Part shown: positions 60,801 through 64,000 of the stretch, in pieces | How positions within the stretch are numbered: the stretch's first letter is position 1 | Layout of the letters: every line of letters starts with the position of its first letter | From: Convolutriloba macropyga | Taxonomy: Eukaryota | Assembly: GCF_964194025.1 (NCBI RefSeq) | Contig: NC_134468.1 | Span: 74,834,001 to 74,898,000, forward strand | Direction of reading: 5' to 3' | Length of the DNA stretch: 64,000 nucleotides | Translations under genes and position numbers: made by a program | The notes under the pieces: generated by a model | Seen by the model: only the letters and a program-made list of their open reading frames with translations | Told to the model about the DNA's origin: nothing | Databases searched by the model: none

Positions 60801-63690
60801 AAAGATGGGCCTCGTCGACTACATTTCCAGGAACCCATTTGCTAGAGCTAAAAAGATATCTACATATGATGAACATTTTGTTGTAGCAACAATTTCAAAA
60901 ATCCGGGATTCAAAGAAACACTTAATTATAAATAAACAGACAGCAACTAAAAAATTTAAAAGCATTTTAAAGTCAAATTTGCCTTTGCAAAAAGTAATTG
61001 ACCATTCGCACCGCGATTACCCACATCACTAAGTGTTAATTTATCTAATTGTAAGGAAGCATTTGCATCACGATTAACTACTTCACCATTGAAAACACCA
61101 TTCGTACCGCAATTAACACTTCCCAATTCTAAAATTATTTCACATTCTGAACACCCATTTGCGTCGCAAATGCCACTTAAAGTTACAAAATTACAATTTG
61201 CACTAAATAATCGTAAAGTCACTAATTCACATTCTATTAATTAATTCGCTGCAAAAGAGGTGCAGATGTCAGACAGTAAAGAATGTGAACAATCTGAACA
61301 ATTATCCCCAATACAGCCCATTAATGGTATTAAATCGAGTAATCCACCTAACAACACTGAATTAAGCGCGAAAGCACAAACTCCTAAGTATAAATACCAC
61401 CAACACAAAAATCACTCGCTTTTTGCCCAAATTCAACCAACAAAACACTACTTTGTGAATAAACACAATAAATCTCTCACATCAAAAAATTCAATAAACA
61501 GTATAAAAACAATGTCAAAGGCCAAAGCAACCCACTCTAAACCAACCCCCACAAAGGCGAGAGTAACCTTCTCAGACACGACTTCTTCAACACCTGGATC
61601 CAATACAACATCACACACAGAAACCCCACCTGGTAGTATGATAGAGGAGGCCGACGACATTATGTTTACTGAGACACTCAATAAAGTGTTCAGTAAGAAG
61701 TTCTTGGCCATACTGACAGGAAAGGATGCGATACTGAAAGAAGTAAGGGACTGTGTGATCAGAAACGACGCGGATCGGTTACAAGAGATAAGCCCTTATC
61801 TCTTCTCATATGGGAGAGATTTAAGCGTCAAACATGGGTGTGTCTGCCTCAATGAAAGAATTGCCATACCGAAATCAATCAAGGACGCGGTGCTGGAAGA
61901 TATCCACTCCACACACCCAGGAAGTTTCGCCATGCTCTCCCTAGCCCAAAATATCTGGTGGCCCTACATACACAGAGATATACTGGCAAAAGCCAGTGAG
62001 TGCAAAGCTTGCACGGAAATTGGTAAGAATCTCAAATCAGTGATTCCGCACCGCAAATGGACACCTCTACCTAAATGTAGTGAACCAAATGACGAAATAC
62101 AATTAGACTTTGGTGGACCAATTTTAAATGAGAAAGGCATAGAGCAATATTTTATTACAAGTATAGATAGATATTCTAAAGACCCTACAGCAGAAATAGT
62201 AAATAATGCATCAGGCCCAAATGTAATCAAATTCTTAAATAATTATATATATCAACACGGAGTACCTAGAACTATTAGATTAGATCAAGCTAGATGTTTC
62301 ACAGGAAAAAAGTTTGAGATATTTTGTACTGAAAATAATATTACACCTATATATGCACCAGCGAATGATCATAGAGCAATCGGATTAGTAGAACGTATTA
62401 TTCAAACAAACGACAATTATCTTGCATGAAATCACAATTAAATAAAAAATTTAATTTAGAAACTTCACTAAAAGCAATAATACAACGATTAAGAATATCA
62501 AAACAGAAAACAATAAATATCACACCATTTGAAGCACACTTCGGTAGAAAAAGTAACACACCTATATCAAATATCACAACAAAATCTGATAGTAAAAATC
62601 TCAATTATTAAACAATAATTAATTATTATTTAGATGAAGATACAATTCCGGGCCGCTCTTACCTGACAGAAGCACAGTGGGCGGCTACGGCTCTATGTTC
62701 TGACACGGAGATTGAGCGTGTCATTTGCGCCGCAAGTACCCTTGCAAGAACTGAGCAAGAGAAACGAAACGACGGAGAAGAACGTTTCATTAGTTCAGAC
62801 GCCGTTTGCCGCCCAATCCCTTGCTCGGAACGTAGCGTGCAGGTGAAGTTGGCTCGCAAACTACACGATAACCAACGTCAAAAGAAGAACCTGGATGGCC
62901 TAAATGAGGTGCTAGCACCAGGAAGCACTGTGTGCAAAGTAAGCCCCACGACGAGTGTGATAAAAAGAGCCGCACAAACAAGAAGTACGGGTTAGGAACT
63001 CGGATATCGCTAAATTTGGGACACGGGCTGAAAGAGAAACGGAACTCACACAATATATAGAGCGACGTCCGAAAAAGGTCAACAAAAAAACCCTCGAACA
63101 AAGAATCCAGAAAAACAAGCGAGATCTTATTCGAAAAAACACTGGTGACAAAGAGATTAAACGTAATAAGAGACAAACGGATGATGTGAGTGTTGTTTCA
63201 TCAAGACGGTCATGTATCTCTACCGCCAGTAATTTTGCAAGATCGTTAAAAATGAGAATTCCCAAGAGAAATCCGAAACACGACGAGGCATTCCTGAATA
63301 GACCCGATCTAACGCAAATACTTAGATTTAGCCCAATCGCACCGCAATTGGCTACATCAAATACGGCAGGACCATCTGGGGCGCAAATAGCCTCATCAGT
63401 GCAACCAAAGCCTACACCCATTTTGCGGAAAACTTCAAAACGCCAACTCACAATTAGCGACACATCAGATTCCGATACTTCTTCAATTCGGAAAAGCAAG
63501 CGAACCTTGAAGAAGAAGACCCAGAAGTCAAACAATTATTGAAAAAGTTCGAAGCACAGAAGGCTACACCGATAATCAGGACATTGGAGTTGCGAGAGAT
63601 TCTAATGAATGGGCTGAGGAACCCCAAAATCTACCACGGGAGATGACTGTTCTCCAGGCAGAAAATGCAGAAAACAGCGATAGTGAATAA
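57838..63690 (+). pseudogene. Gypsy gag-pol polyprotein, disrupted
   Basis: Starts MAQPAAD at 57838. About 10 stops or frameshifts (for example 59193, about 59900, 60088, about 60420, about 62405, 62611). Confidence 0.9.
57839..57853 (+). promoter_or_regulatory. Primer-binding site, tRNA-Ser-like
   Basis: tggcgcagccagcag directly after the LTR-terminal CA. From recalled metazoan tRNA-Ser(UGA) 3' ends it is near-complementary; the host tRNA was not checked. Confidence 0.7.
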
Positions 63691-63811
63691 ACTTGAATAA
63701 AGCAAAACTTTCATAAGTTTTTGTTTTATCTATTATTTAATATTTTATTACTTAGTAACCGGTGAATATTTATTAATTTTCTGATTTTAATTAGTAATTT
63801 ATTTTCTCTCC

Positions 63812-63823
63812 AAGAGGGGGAAA
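63812..63823 (+). promoter_or_regulatory. Polypurine tract
   Basis: aagagggggaaa immediately before the 3' LTR. Confidence 0.85.
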
Positions 63824-64000
63824 TGTCATACGGCAATGGATACCCTTCATGTATCCATATCCGTATTTAATTTTATTTAGTTGTTGTAAATTCCATTTGA
63901 AGGGCAAATGCCATTTAAATTCAGTTGATGTACACTTCCTCCCATTTTAGCAGTTTTTGTCTGTTCACTCTGTCTGTAAAGGAAATACATTCGTTCACGA
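63824..64000 (+). repeat. 3' LTR (partial)
   Basis: Matches 57345-57521 with 2 substitutions in 177 bp. Confidence 0.97.

Larger units (their letters stand above)
57345..64000 (+). mobile_element. Ty3/Gypsy LTR retrotransposon (Mag-like); 3' LTR cut by the window end
   Basis: Direct LTRs at 57345 and 63824. Gag with CxxC...H...CPANGKKCNNCGIIGHFARKC knuckles, protease IDSGS, RT (LDLKYAY, FLDDI), RNase H (CDAS, TDHRAL) and integrase (HHCC, QLDFGGP, IRLDQ, GLVER). Confidence 0.96.

Overview
AT-rich eukaryotic (animal-like) genomic DNA with spliceosomal introns and a heavy transposon load. All calls come from reading the sequence by eye, with no database searches. Host genes: NUFIP1 (7463-9850, -), an 8-exon orphan gene I assembled from splice sites (11121-22766, +), UTP3/SAS10 (2 coding exons, -), ERAL1 (5 exons over 16 kb, -) and CLYBL (2 exons, -). 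Mobile DNA: a decayed BEL/Pao LTR element (1 to about 7100); an internally deleted MULE and a MULE-type MITE, both with 9-bp TSDs; a near full-length CR1/L2-group LINE in ERAL1 intron 1 whose endonuclease start is quadruplicated; a Mag-like Ty3/Gypsy element (57345 to beyond the window end); and tRNA-derived fragments. The structure least explained by standard annotation is a non-coding dispersed family with Helentron/DINE-1 (HINE)-type ends: subterminal inverted repeats plus a terminal stem-loop, both showing compensatory changes. Its copies run 0.5-7 kb, all lie in one orientation, one fills ERAL1 intron 2, and one terminus is triplicated together with the ERAL1 upstream region. I see no evidence of a prokaryote-type system such as CRISPR or an operon.
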